DNA of 64,000 bases from Saccostrea cucullata. Taxonomy: Eukaryota. The first letter of the stretch is position 1; every line of letters starts with the position of its first letter. The DNA lies in the NCBI RefSeq assembly GCF_032062105.1, contig NW_026939314.1, positions 1-64,000 on the forward strand. Direction: 5' to 3'. The translations under genes were made by a program, and so were the position numbers. Below the pieces are notes generated by a model. It did no database searches, had not been told where the DNA came from, and saw nothing but the letters and a program-made list of their open reading frames with translations. Below, piece by piece: positions 51,331-63,918 of the stretch.

Positions 51331-52715
51331 AAGAATTTTCATTTAGCAGGTTTATTATCTAAGAAAAAGAGAAAGAGAAATGGGTGTCACATTAATTTCA
51401 TACACTGGTGCCAGGTATATAAATATTTTCGTATTACACGTGCAGCTTTGTTTAATGAATTAAGGAAAAAAGACTAAAACAGAACTTAAACAAAATTCTC
51501 GTGGATAAAATTTAATACAAACATTGACACATTTCAAATCTTTTTGAGAATGATTTATTTTTTCAATGAAACATAGGAACTGATATTAATTTAAAGTTAT
51601 CTAGTATTCAAAACGGTGCTATTGATTATCTTCTCATCCATTCAGTTACATGAACCATTGAGAAAATAACTTTATATTGATTATGACAGTAGATATTGTA
51701 TGAATTATACCCCTTTATACTGTGCTGAAATTAACACTGAAGTTGAACAAATTTTATTCTGACCTACATTATATTGATTATGACAGTTGAAAAATTAGAT
51801 TTTTTATTTATGTATGAATTATTTATCAAGAGTTTCCTTTATCACTGTGCTGAAATGTACAAACTAACTACTGAAGATTTGATTAAATATATTGCCCTCT
51901 TGTAATTTTCAATAAGCGGTCAAGGTCAAGCACGGCTACTAATTTTGCATTTGATACACTAATTTGATATTCAATGATATCTCACTATGTTTTCATTAAT
52001 TACAAAAGAAATTAACAGTGACTTTGATCTAAGTTATCTAGTTGTGTACATGTATATAGTAAGAAGTTTGACGAGTGTAAATTTTGACGAGAAAAGATAA
52101 ATCGTCAATATAGTCATAATTAGCACATCGTCAAAATTTCCACGTTTACAGTACTCTTGATATCCGTAGACACAAAGGAGTTGATCTAAGTACTGGGATT
52201 TATAAACTCTGCATGAATACAAACAATGACTTTCTGTTAATTAATTAAGACAGTATTAAATTCTATTGCAACACATACCGAAGGTTACATTTTTATGGTT
52301 TCTGTTAATGTTTAAAAAATCTAATTTGATTCTTATTATTTCCTGTACAAAATTGTGGTGTTGCGCTGAAATACATGAATGGTTTAAAATCTAATATCAA
52401 ATTATATATTTCAATGAAATAGGTAAATTATTTAAAGTAATACAATTGTTCATTTGCTGACATTTGCTAAAACCCAAAGCAATCAAACTTGAAGTGCTTT
52501 GGCATGCATATGATTGAGGACAAAGCATATATTGGATGTTTAATCAGTCAAATGTCTGTTGTAATGCAAAGTAATGATTCATATCTTGTTTTGTTTTTAT
52601 ATTTTGGGGGAACTTTCTTTTCTCACAAACATTCTTTATTTGAAATTTTGCAGTATATAAGACGCACATGTTTTAATATTTCATCACCAACTGAACACTA
52701 ACCACAAATACTATA

Positions 52716-52923
52716 CTGTAGATCACTAAATTTTAGCGACACTTTACTTTCGCGAGATAGTCATTGACTCTTGATAAGCGAGACAAAAATTTTGCGAGTT
52801 GTGGATATTGCTCTATATAATCTTAAGGAATACTATTATACGCGAGAATTAAATTTTCGCGAGCACCCTGTCTCGCGTAATTACGCGAAAATAAAGTTCT
52901 TGCGAATCAAAAGTGATTTACAG
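52716..52923. mobile_element. Small TA-TSD MITE (TACTGTA...TACAGTA type)
   Basis: TIRs CTGTAGATCACT and AGTGATTTACAG; internal TCGCGA repeats; absent from copy A. Related ends occur at ~830-908 and ~52040-52153. Confidence 0.7.
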
Positions 52924-53983
52924 TATATTCACTAAAGGAATCAAGTTCATTTGAATTTAAAGTCCAACTAAATACTTATAAAATGAGTATTAACAATTCG
53001 TTATGATTGTAATAATGAAATATGGAGATAAATAACTCTTGTTCAATTTCAACTTCATTAAAATAACACATATCGAAAGCTGACAATTCATTATGAAAAT
53101 AATGGTCGAACAATTAATGTCAAATCACATATTTACTAGGGGTCAAATTTTTGTTGTTTCAGAAAAATATATTGGTTCATGGAGATTTTATTTCGTGTAT
53201 GAAGAACTGATCAAATAGAATCAAATATGTCAGACTCAAAAGTATTTGATATTTTGAATTCACTGGGATATTTTGAGTCGAAATATTGCAGATGCAGCTA
53301 TTATAGTTTATTGATTATATTATCTAATTGAGGAGTCATTAAGAGTTTACAACAATAACGCAAGGAAGCTCTAAACACAGGTACAAAGTTTTTGGACTTG
53401 GAGAAAATTACATCGTATAATTTTTCGCATATTGAGACATTTTTTTCATTTTTCAACCTAGATTTACATTCCTTTATTCTTAGAAAAAAATAATAATAAA
53501 TAACTTTGCTTCAATAAAAACACTATTGTTTTCTTTTATTTGAAAGATACTTGAAATAATCAATTCATTTACTTATCATCCGACCTACATAATCGTAGTA
53601 TATTACTTCTATTATTCATTGTGTACTTTATTATAATTACTTTCTTATATCTACTTCTAACTTTTCGGTGTTTTGTGTTTAGAACTTTCTTGAAAATTCC
53701 GTTGGAAGGCTGTGCATCTGTGGATCAGATTGAGTGTTACTTTTAAAAAAAGAACATGCTGGAGAGTTTTAGAGATGCTCTTAAAGCAGAATTAATTTTG
53801 GCAACATTGATGAAAAAGCAACAACGTTCAACAAGCGATACTGGCAAAAGATAAAATAGGCTAAGACCCCATTACATCCACTATTTTTGGGTCTTCTTTT
53901 ATAATACTGCAACAATTTATCAATTAAAACCTGTTGTCATTCCTGATTTACAAAAAGTAGCATTGATTTTTATTTACTTAATA

Positions 53984-54262
53984 CACAGTGGGCTAAGAAA
54001 AGTCTGCAAACGTGTAAATTTCCGTTTTTTCTTTTTTCAATTTTATGCGAATTTTGTTTAGGAAAACAAAGTGCACAAGATTGCCTATTTGCAAAATTTA
54101 TATGCATATATCACTCGTATACCATACATTTATATCAGATGCATTTTATATGTAAAAATGTAAGATTTTTTTAAAATGAAAAATCAAAATTTACGGAATT
54201 CCGACAGAAGTGAGAAAATTTGGGAAAACATCTCAATTATTCACCTTCTTGTGGCCACTGTG
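53984..54262. mobile_element. 279-bp MITE with CACAGTG termini (Transib/Chapaev-like)
   Basis: Ends are CACAGTGGGCTAAGAAAAG and, reverse-complemented, CACAGTGGCCACAAGAAGG; flanks TAATA and TAAGA. Confidence 0.55.
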
Positions 54263-55589
54263 TAAGATTAAAATGCAAAATAAAAGCAAAGTTTTAAAAC
54301 AATCATTATTTTTTGTGCTTGACTACAGAATATCAAAATTGTTACTGTTTTTGTTTTTACATCATATACATGTAGATCTTTTTAGGAAATGAATTCCTTA
54401 ATAAACAAAAAATCAGATTTATTAAGTCTTTGTGTTGGTCAGAAAAAAAAAACAACTACATAAAAGTCTATGTATGTATGCTTAATACATCAGTAATTAA
54501 ACTTCTGACAAAACAATCAATGTAAACAAATTTCTCCATATCATTATTTATACTTTATAAAGTAGACGAACATTTTCAAACGTAACATTACATAATAAAT
54601 AATATAGTCCCAAAGAATGGAATTTCATTTGAATGATACCAGGTAATTAAACTAAATGTTTGAAGTCTTGTAGCGAAAATGATTCCCAACTCTGTACCCA
54701 TTTAATGCATTTTAAATATTCATAAGAAACCCACTCAAAATTCCTGATAGGAGGAAGAGGATATAAAATATTAGAGCTTTATTTTCTTTGATTTTAGAAA
54801 ATTTTATGTATCTATGAACGTCTGTTTCCCTCAGGAATAGACAAAATTCGAAAAATAATTAGTGAGGTTTAAAACTACATCCACAATTATTAAATTTCAA
54901 AAATAATTGTAGAAACTGCGTTTTATTTATTTTTTTTTTTCATGTTGACCCTTTTTTATATTTCCAGATTTATTGTTTGGCTGTTGGGGGCTTGCTTACT
55001 TGGGCGGTCATCTGTTTACCAAGTAGGTGCAGAATTAAGAAAAAGGCAACAAGACTGTAAACATGATCAATCACTTAACGGTAACATCACATTTTCAAAA
55101 TACCGCTAATGCATTAATAGATTGATTTTAATAGGTGTGCAATGTTCGCATTTTTAACGATATTTTGAACAAGATTTATTTCATATTAAAATGCATTTTA
55201 ATAAATTCCTTTAGAGCTAACAGAGAGCGTATGTAAAGACGAATAATAACTCGAATTGTTAACGGTTGGTCATTTTTCAACGACAGAAAATGACCCCCAC
55301 CCGTAGAAAAAAATCATCTTTAGTAGTAAAAAGAACACCAGGGGTAATTATTTTATTTGTAGATCCCATAGAAAATTGACCCCGTTGTAATATGAACTCT
55401 TTTAGAGTTATCTAGAATTCCAACGATTAAATTGATTAAAAGAATCAGATCGACCGCATCGATAATTCATTATAGCATTTTAAAATGCTAACGGGCAATG
55501 GCTCATTTGATAGGCGTGCAACCTGAATTAGACTTTAATAGAACCTGACATGTCTCTATTTGTCAAAAGGAGGGAAAAGATTTTCAATA

Positions 55590-56700
55590 CATGCATTGGC
55601 CCTTTTTCTAGTTCTGCATTGTCTGCATTGGCCAGCAAACTACAAACTTGTATTTAGGAATTGTAATGACATTGTTGCATTTGCTCAGTAATAAAATCCG
55701 TTAATGCTTTGCATGTTTATTCACTTTCCTCGACTTAAATAAATATTTAAATTTATTTAACTCCAAATTATATTTGTCCTTTACATTCAGCACGATTTCA
55801 ATTGCATATGTAATTTAAAAAAAACACAAATCAGAATGAGAAAAATTGCGTGCAATGAATGGACATCATGTTAGTGCTTCCGTGACTACCTACCTGATAT
55901 ATAATATAATTTTGGAAATAAGCGAATACAACCATAACCTATATTTTGGACTACTTTCATAGTAAAAAAAAAACATCATTTGTAAATCTTTTTAATATTT
56001 CACTATGGTGGAAGAAGTCTTTATTTTTTTGTTGTTGGTGTTGTTGCCAAAACATTGAAGTACAATCGAAAATTTAAATAATTTAGATAAATTTAAATAT
56101 CCCACAAGTATTCTTAACTCATATCAAAATATAACATTGAATGATAGCATGAATATGTAAACTCCTTAGACAACATATTATCATAGATACAAAACATTTT
56201 GTTTAATGAACCATAGAGCATTATGCATCTTATAAATAAAAATCTCAGAAAATATTTTACGAAATTCCAACAGAATAGAGAAACTTCTTAGCCCTCTTTT
56301 GGTCTCTGTGTCTCTGTGTCTGGCAATGCCTGCTTTGTTTTATAGGGAGAGAAAAGTGTTCCAATACCTGCATTGGTCCTTTGACAGTCGTGCATCGGCC
56401 AACATCTTACACAGTGTCTTAAGGAATTATCAGGAAATTTTTGCATTGGCCGAATAATAAAAGTCGTCACTGCATTGCACGTTTATTCAATTTCCTGGTT
56501 TATCAATTTACATTTGTATTCTTTGAAAGCCGAGTTACCCTAGTCAATTACATTTAGCTCAATATTGACTGCTTGTATGATTAAAATACAACAAAAATCA
56601 GAATGAGAAAAAATGTTAGAAATTGAATGGACAGAACGTTTTTATTTCTGTGAACACTTATATGATATGATTTTGGAAATAAGTGAAAAAATCTTGGTTG
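55590..56700. repeat. Diverged local direct duplication (~55590-55925 vs ~56370-56685)
   Basis: Shared blocks TGCATTGG.CC, GTTTATTCA.TTTCCT, AAATCAGAATGAGAAAAA, TGAATGGACA and TTTTGGAAATA occur in the same order. Confidence 0.65.
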
Positions 56701-57611
56701 ACGGCATTCCACATCAATCACATATGATCAACGTCACTTTTCTACTTGACATACTTTGAAAACCGTTACTACAAATCAACATTAACGTTTACATTTTCAT
56801 CTTTCTAATCTTTTTATCGGTATTTTAAAAAAAAACTTTGAATACAATTTCTTTTTCAATGGCTTATTTAAATATTTCTTAGGTATATGCAAGTTTTGTT
56901 TTTTCCAGGGGGTAAAACTGTATACATGTAGCACGTTAGAAAAAGAAACCACCACCCCACCCCCTTTTCTAATGATATTACATTTAATAAATTGTATGGA
57001 GATTTCATGTAAAATTTACCATGAAATTTCATTGACTTACAAAATGGTGCTGAAATTGCAATTTTTAAGGCTATAATTGTATAAACGCATAAGGTTCCTA
57101 TCGGCACTTTTAGATGACAGGTTCTTATATAAAAATTCTTTTTTTTTTCTGCGTTACATTTAGGTAAGAAAAATACGTAATCTTCGAGTTGCCCGGCCTG
57201 AATATACCATTGCTATAAAAACATTAACAATGTATTTGAAAAGTATAATTAATGATGTATACTTTATTACGTAAATAAAAAGATGATGCTAATTAAAAGC
57301 TAGATAATGCATTAATATATCTTATTAAACATGGGAAATTCCAGTTTAATGTCTTATACTATCTATATTGTATGTCATACAGCTCAGGACATTATTTATT
57401 AAACTGCACTCGTAAATGCTTACAGCAGCGATATTTACCGATTTCAATAATTATTTTGTTAATTACACGTGCAGATTTGCTTGACGAATTAAGGAAAACA
57501 GACATAAACAGAACTTAAACAAAATTATTTTCGTTAAAAATATGCAACCATTGAAACATTTTAAATCTGTTTGAGAATGATTTATGTTTTCAATGAAACA
57601 CAGGGACTGAC

Positions 57612-57830
57612 AGTAGTAAGGGGGGTAGTCTGGGGGCACCTTAGAGGCACCGCCACTCCCCAGGGCCGTCTGGGGTCACCATTCATAGGGTAGTCTGAGG
57701 GCACTTTAAAGGCACCCACCACTCGTAGGGCCGTCTAGGGTCACCACCCTTAGAGGCCGTTTGAGGTCAACTCTCCTAGGGCCGTCTGATATCAACTCTG
57801 TTAGGGGCGTCTGAGGTCACCCATCCCATG
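57612..57830. repeat. GC-rich subterminal short repeats of the putative TIR
   Basis: About seven copies of (A)GGG(CC/TA)GTCTG(A/G)GG(GT/GG)CACC in an otherwise AT-rich window. Confidence 0.75.
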
Positions 57831-58402
57831 AGTTCATTCTTACACATCCATTTTCATTTTCAACCTTGGGGTTTTTTTTTTTTTGTTTTTTTTTTCTAAT
57901 TTTAGGGAGTGGGGCATATATACCCACAAGATAATGACTTGTAACCATTTTTTCCAACACCTGCACAGCTTTCTACTTGTAATTATTCCATTTTAGTGCT
58001 ACAACTAAGGGATTGTCAAGGGTACACCTGAGGTACCCGAGAAATCATTACTATAAAAAGTCCAAACTTTTTCCCAAAAATTTTCACAGTCCATGCAGTC
58101 TTAGTTTAAACGAAGAGGGAGTGTTGGCATCTTGGATTAGTAAGTAATAAATAGTAATACACAGCTTGTTTCTTGTTTCCGTATTAAATTTTGCGATAAA
58201 AAAAAATTCAATACCAGCATCAATAACAACAATAAAAAAAATCTGTATTTTATTAATTAAGTTTTAATTCTTCAATATCAATTGTAAATGTACATGATTT
58301 CACATTTAATATGATAAAACGATCTGCTGACACATATGACCAAAACTTATCAGTACAAAATAAAAAAAAATTACTGTCAGTTCTCTTTAATTCCAGTTGA
58401 CT

Positions 58403-59324
58403 TTACTTAAATTTTTTCATATAATCTTGAACATAGTTCACAAGCATTGAACTTTGAAGTAAATCAACTCGTAGAGAGTCGATTAAATCAGACAGTGCCC
58501 CTAACTCCTCTTTTAAAGGATATTGGGAATCTTGAGGTCTGCATATCATCTGAGCATACCCGGATGACGCTGGGGTATTCATAACTGGAGTCTGAAGTGG
58601 AGTCCAGATGTGTTCAGGAGAAGGAAGGACATGTTCTTGTTTCACTGGGACATATCCTTGTGATCCTTGACACGCTGGAGTCACTGGTGACACAGGGCTA
58701 TACCCTGGTGACGTGGGGCTTGGTGATGCGGGGAGGCTTGGTGACACAGGGCTATACCCTGGTGACATGGGGCTTGGTGATGCGGGGAGGCTTGGTGACA
58801 CAGGGCTATACCCTGGTGACACTGGGCTATATCCTGATGCTGCTGAGGAATAGCCAGATGTCAACGATCCTAAGGTGAACGTACACCTGGTACTAGCTCT
58901 TTTTTCCAAGGCTTCATACTTTCCAGGGTTTTCCCGTCTGTAATTAAAGAACAAAACATAAAGTATCTAACCGAGCATACAAAGTCCTAATCTGTTAAGA
59001 AAATATTGAAAAAAAATGTTCTACATTTAAATTCTAAGACTTTAAACTTTAGAGTTGTTCTGTTTTCAAGATTATTATTCAATCCTTATATTTTTTTTTT
59101 TGTTTATGGTATCATTCTTTTTTTTTTTCGTATCAAAGTTCGACATGTACATTTGTAATACACTTAACTTATGAAAACAACTATACCTAAATGTTTTCAG
59201 CTGTGGATCCTCTTTATCTGTTTCTTGGGTGAACCCTACTTTCCCTTTTTGTTTTACCATTTTCCTTTTTAAAAAAAAATACATTTAAAAAATTTTACAA
59301 TTTAAGCTTACAATTTAAGCAAAT

Positions 59325-59380
<56 letters not shown>

Positions 59381-60243
59381 TCCTTAGAGGTAAGATTTAC
59401 CTTCGAGTTAAAATAATCGAGTCCTCTGACTCGCTCAGTGATCTTTTTATCCCCCTTTTCACTGGCTCTTCTTTCAGTTGGAGGTCTTGGGGGGAATTCC
59501 TAGTTAAACAGAAATTTTAAGACATTTTGTAAAAGAAAATAAAGCAAAATAAAGCAAATATATAAAGAACTACGTACGCTAAATCTCGATCCCAGCCTAC
59601 ATTTTACACCCATTTAATTCAATGATTATTTCGATTTGACCATAAAATCTATGCAAAGAAGACTTCAATGGTAATTGATTAATAATTTTTATACCAGTGT
59701 TTAATTTTTAATAACTCTTATTTCCAGCTGTATTTATATGGGTACACAGCGTTTTCCATTTTAATCGGGCTTGAACGCGTAAGCATATTTCAAAATATTC
59801 TTGGATATAAATAAAAGTTCCTTAAATCTTTCTTATGGTTCACACATATAAAATTAAACAAATGTAATTGATTATATACACTGTTTTAATTGTAAATCCT
59901 TCGGGGGGAAAAAAGAGTTATATCTCTTTGTTTTCTCGACAAAGTAATGTTTTATGAAAATTCAAATTTATATCTAAAGAAATATCAAATGTAGTTAACC
60001 TCTGCAAATGGACTAGGAGGTAGGCGGGGGAACAAAATTATCGTTTGCAGTTCTTTGTAATTTAGAAAAATGCTTATAAATTGGTTTTTTAAATCTGAAT
60101 TTTTTAAATGAGTTACGAATTTTAAGAATATCAACTTACCCCGAATCAAACACCACCTCAAAATCTTTTCCCAACTCTAACCATTCCTTTTCAAAATCTC
60201 CAAATGTCTTTGAAGGCGACGAAGTAAAGAAAGCTTCAGCCAT
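58403..60243 (-). CDS. Novel 271-aa putative nuclear protein with RNA Pol II CTD-like YSPVSP repeats; exons 60243-60140, 59499-59401, 59264-59187, 58937-58403
   Basis: Three GT-AG introns, all phase 2, join into one open frame of 816 nt: MAEAFFTSSPSKTFGDFEKEWLELGKDFEVVFDSG|NSPQDLQLKEEPVKRGIKRSLSESEDSIILTRR|KMVKQKGKVGFTQETDKEDPQLKTFR|RENPGKY...GYSPVSP...YMKKFK*. Confidence 0.75.
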
Positions 60244-60313
60244 CTCTTGTCTTTTGAAGGTTTTTTTTTTTCTGAAGTCAGTTATATTATTTTTTTTTTA
60301 CATTTATCCATCC

Positions 60314-60345
60314 TATTTATATTCCGGGGGGACGAAGGGGCGGGG
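60314..60345 (-). promoter_or_regulatory. TATA box plus GC box upstream of the CTD-like gene
   Basis: Minus strand reads CCCCGCCCC (60345-60337) then TATAAATA (60321-60314), about 70 nt upstream of the ATG at 60243. Confidence 0.6.
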
Positions 60346-60469
60346 CTATAGGATTTTCAATATATTTGTGGATTAGAAAAGGGGTTGCGCGGTAAAAAAA
60401 AATAAAATCGGGCAACCATCTCAATTGTTTTTTATTTAATTTAAAAGTGGTCTCGTTTTTTGACCTTTT

Positions 60470-61775
60470 AGAAAATACCGCGTTATGACTGTGCGCGCGT
60501 TTTCTTTAATTATTCAATGCATCGTATGAGTGTCTAAGCTAATATTCTATGATTATTCTACACATGAAGTAGTACGAAATCGTTTATGTTTCTATTTTTA
60601 TGTTTTATAATTATCCAATACATCTTATATTATATTATCTTATTTTCCCAATCAAGATGCCTCAAAAAGCAGCATGAAAAAAAAGGAACACATACAAATG
60701 TATACACATATAAACACATATTTTTCAAGCACAAAGTTATGTGTTAAACGTGTCGTTGAAAACAAATTTTCAAACTGGGTTTAAAATTTAAAAAAAAAAA
60801 TAAAAATTTAAAAAAAAAAAGGTCAAAATAGTATACATGTATATAAATTTTTGTTCATCATTCTGTGTAACATATTTTTATTAACAAAACCATTTAATCA
60901 GAAAATGAATTTCATCACCCAATAAGCCGGAGATGCATTTGTTACATGCAGTTTCGTTCATTCCTAGTACCAGAATATCTATCAATAATACTAATATTCT
61001 ATAATCATTCTACGCTTGGGGTAATATGAGTCCTATTTTTTCTTTAGCTTTTGCATCTCACCCTATGTTTGATTTTTCTTATTATTAAGGGATAAAAATT
61101 GCTTTTATAAAAAAAAATATATATTTCATACAAACTTGAAAAATAAAACAACACACAAAGTTTTAAATTAATAACAAGTATCTATGCTAATGTTCTATAA
61201 TTATATTCAACACGAGAATGGGAGGTCGTACAAGTTGTATTGTTCATATCCGAGGTTTGATTTTTTCTTTATCATAAAAAAATCATGATATTCTATACGT
61301 TATACACTTTAAATTAAACCGGGTCACACGTGCGCAGAGTATAATTGACAATACATGACTTGATTTATCTACTGTCATTCACAAAGATCACTGAAGCGAG
61401 TTTTTTAAAAGTTCATTTTACCTTTAAAAAAAAACCGCGCGCGCGCGCATTATGACTGCGCGCCTTTGTTGATCATTCATCAATGTATCGTAATTAAGGG
61501 TTTCCATGCTAATATTCTATAATTATTCTACACGTGGGATATTACGAAATCGTTTATGTTTCTATGCTTATGTCCCATGATTATTCCACCAAGACATTGT
61601 ATATGTTTCTATGCTAATATTCTATAATTATTCTTTTGTTTTATTTTTGTATCATATATTATAAAAGGACGATATCCTATATGTGTGTGTGTGTGTGTTC
61701 GTCGTTTCACCCCATTTACATGACACCACTTCTATCTAGTCATTCACAAAGATCATCGAAGTGAGTTTTTAAAAA
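60470..61775. repeat. Dispersed repeated motifs in the intergenic region between the divergent genes
   Basis: CTAATATTCTATAATTATTCTACAC-like motifs at ~60539, 60991, 61187, 61509 and 61614; TCATTCACAAAGATCA at ~61375 and ~61740; GCGCGC blocks at ~60495 and ~61440. Confidence 0.65.
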
Positions 61776-62434
61776 TTGTTCAATCATACTTTGTAAATAA
61801 TTCATTGAAAAAAATCACTTTGTAAATAATTCATTTAAAAAAAATATCACAAATCATTAAATCAAATTCATTTAATTTACAAATAAATTCACGATTTTCT
61901 TTTTTAATGATTTAAAATCAAAGATACTAATCAAGAGTGTGATTATGCTACCGGGTATGTGCTTGTTTGTGTATTTTTAAAAAATCTTTATATCATTTTA
62001 AAAATAATTCATTATCTAAAAAATGCAAGATTGTTCTTTCATTCACGCCCAAAGTACAGAGACCGACAACCAAGACGTGTGTCGTCGTTTTCTAATTTGA
62101 AAATCCTCGTGACCCCAATTATTAAATCACCCGGCCAAAGGTGTTGAAATTATAATAGCTATACCACCCAATATATTAATGTATGAACAATAATGATGCC
62201 CTGTGTAGACCCAATTTAACTCAATTTAACATAAATAAAATAACAGAAAAAAACATTGATTGCATTTGAGAAATGAAAGATATCAGCTAGGCGACGGATG
62301 CGGGAATTTGATCAGAGCTAAAAAACCCGCATCAGAGCACGTGCGTAAACCTAATTGATATCTCCATATATGGGATTCGCGGGTAAAAAGTCATATGACC
62401 AAAAAAAAAACGCCATTATTTCAAGACGGAGAAG

Positions 62435-63918
62435 ATGAGGATGAGACGAAAAGAATTGTGGTTTATGCTCATGGTAACATGCATGCATGTTAAAATTTCT
62501 GAAGGATCGCCTTGGCCCTGCAGAATCTGTCCAATCACTAGTACCGGAATAGCAGACTGTAGACACATCATTTCTGGTTGCGTGAGAGTAATTCCGTGGC
62601 CCCTGGACTATCTCAGAGAGATTATGATGTTTAGTTGTTTAATAAAATTGGAACCCGAGAATGCTAAGCAGTTTGCGAAAAATCGATTCGGGGAGGCGTG
62701 CAATACCAATGGTAAGTATTCAATTTTTTTTCATATATAACTTTTTTTTCTTTGGTAAAACTATATTTAAATATTTGAATTTTTCCAGTTGGAAATGTCC
62801 AAGTTTAATATTTACTCATTTTCCAATTTTCTCTTCACCCCCCCCCCTTTTTTTTTTATTATACGTATCACTCGGTTATTTTTCTCTACGAATATGACCG
62901 AGGAGTTACGAGTGAATGGAATGTTGTGTACATGATTTGTGACGTCACCAAACTTGGGGTAAACAGTATGGTCACCGTGACTTCCCATTCTATTCATTTC
63001 ATTTTTGAAGCATCAGATTATTTTAATGCTACAGACACTAGAATTCGACTGCTAAGTTTTTGTAACAGGTATAGTATATACTAGAGAAAGAGTTCGTATC
63101 AGAACACAAGTTTACTGTTTCAAATTTATTAAACCTGAATCAAATCATGGTACTTCAACCAGAGAAAACTAATTTTAAAAAAATCTGTACATGTTATAAT
63201 TAGTTCATTATTGTTAAATGGGGATGACATCTGGGCAAAAGAAGTTGTACAATACACAAATTTAAGAGTCCTCTATGCACTGTACACTAAAGAGTTCTAA
63301 TTTTGTGGTAGTTATATGCAAATAGTTTTCTGTCCTTGATCATTCATAAAATAAAACAAATTAAAATGTATAATTTATTCCTTAACTTTCACCAAATCAG
63401 GCATTCATAACATTTTAGTAGACCAAGATGAATAGTCAAAGAATTCAAAGAAACACAATATCCTATAAATTTGAAACTGATTGTCGAAAACATTTTGTAA
63501 ATATTTCATGTCAATTGGGAATTGCTAAATGATTTTTTTTTTTCCACAGGTGTACCTAGTTCTACAACTACCCGTGACATTACAGAAACTACTAGGCCTA
63601 CCCTCTCCAAGACTGCTACAAAAACCTTATTGCCAGAATCAAATAGCGAAGACAAGACTTTTGATGACTTCAAAGCAGAAGGTCAGTGTATAAAACTGTC
63701 ATATTCCCTTTATGTATTATGGGACTGATTGTCAAAACAACATTTTGTAAATATTTCATGTCAATTGGGAATTGCTAAATGATTTTTTTTTTCCACAGGT
63801 GTACTTAGTTCTACAACTACCCCTGACCTTACAGAAACTACTAGGCCTACCCTCTCCAAGACCTTAAGGTCGGAATCAGAAAGCGAAGACAAGACTTTTG
63901 ATGACTTCAAGGCAGAAG
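62435..63918 (+). CDS. Secreted or surface protein: signal peptide, Cys-rich (LRRNT-like) domain and tandem Thr/Ser-rich mucin exons; exons 62435-62711, 63550-63681, 63799-63918; incomplete at the window end
   Basis: Hydrophobic leader LWFMLMVTCMHVKISEG; WPCRICPITSTGIADCRHIISGCVRVIPW; donor G|GTAAGT; two phase-1/1 exons (GVPSSTTTRDITETTRPT... and GVLSSTTTPDLTETTRPT...) with CAG| acceptors and |GTCAGT donors. Confidence 0.7.

Noticed and set aside
58403-58954. RPB1 (POLR2A) C-terminal exon
   Set aside because: There are only four YSPVSP units and no YSPTSPS consensus. The upstream exons encode a short unrelated protein with its own ATG and TATA box.
59578-59648. Additional exon of the CTD-like gene
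   Set aside because: It has AG/GT boundaries but stops in all three frames, and the gene model is in frame without it.
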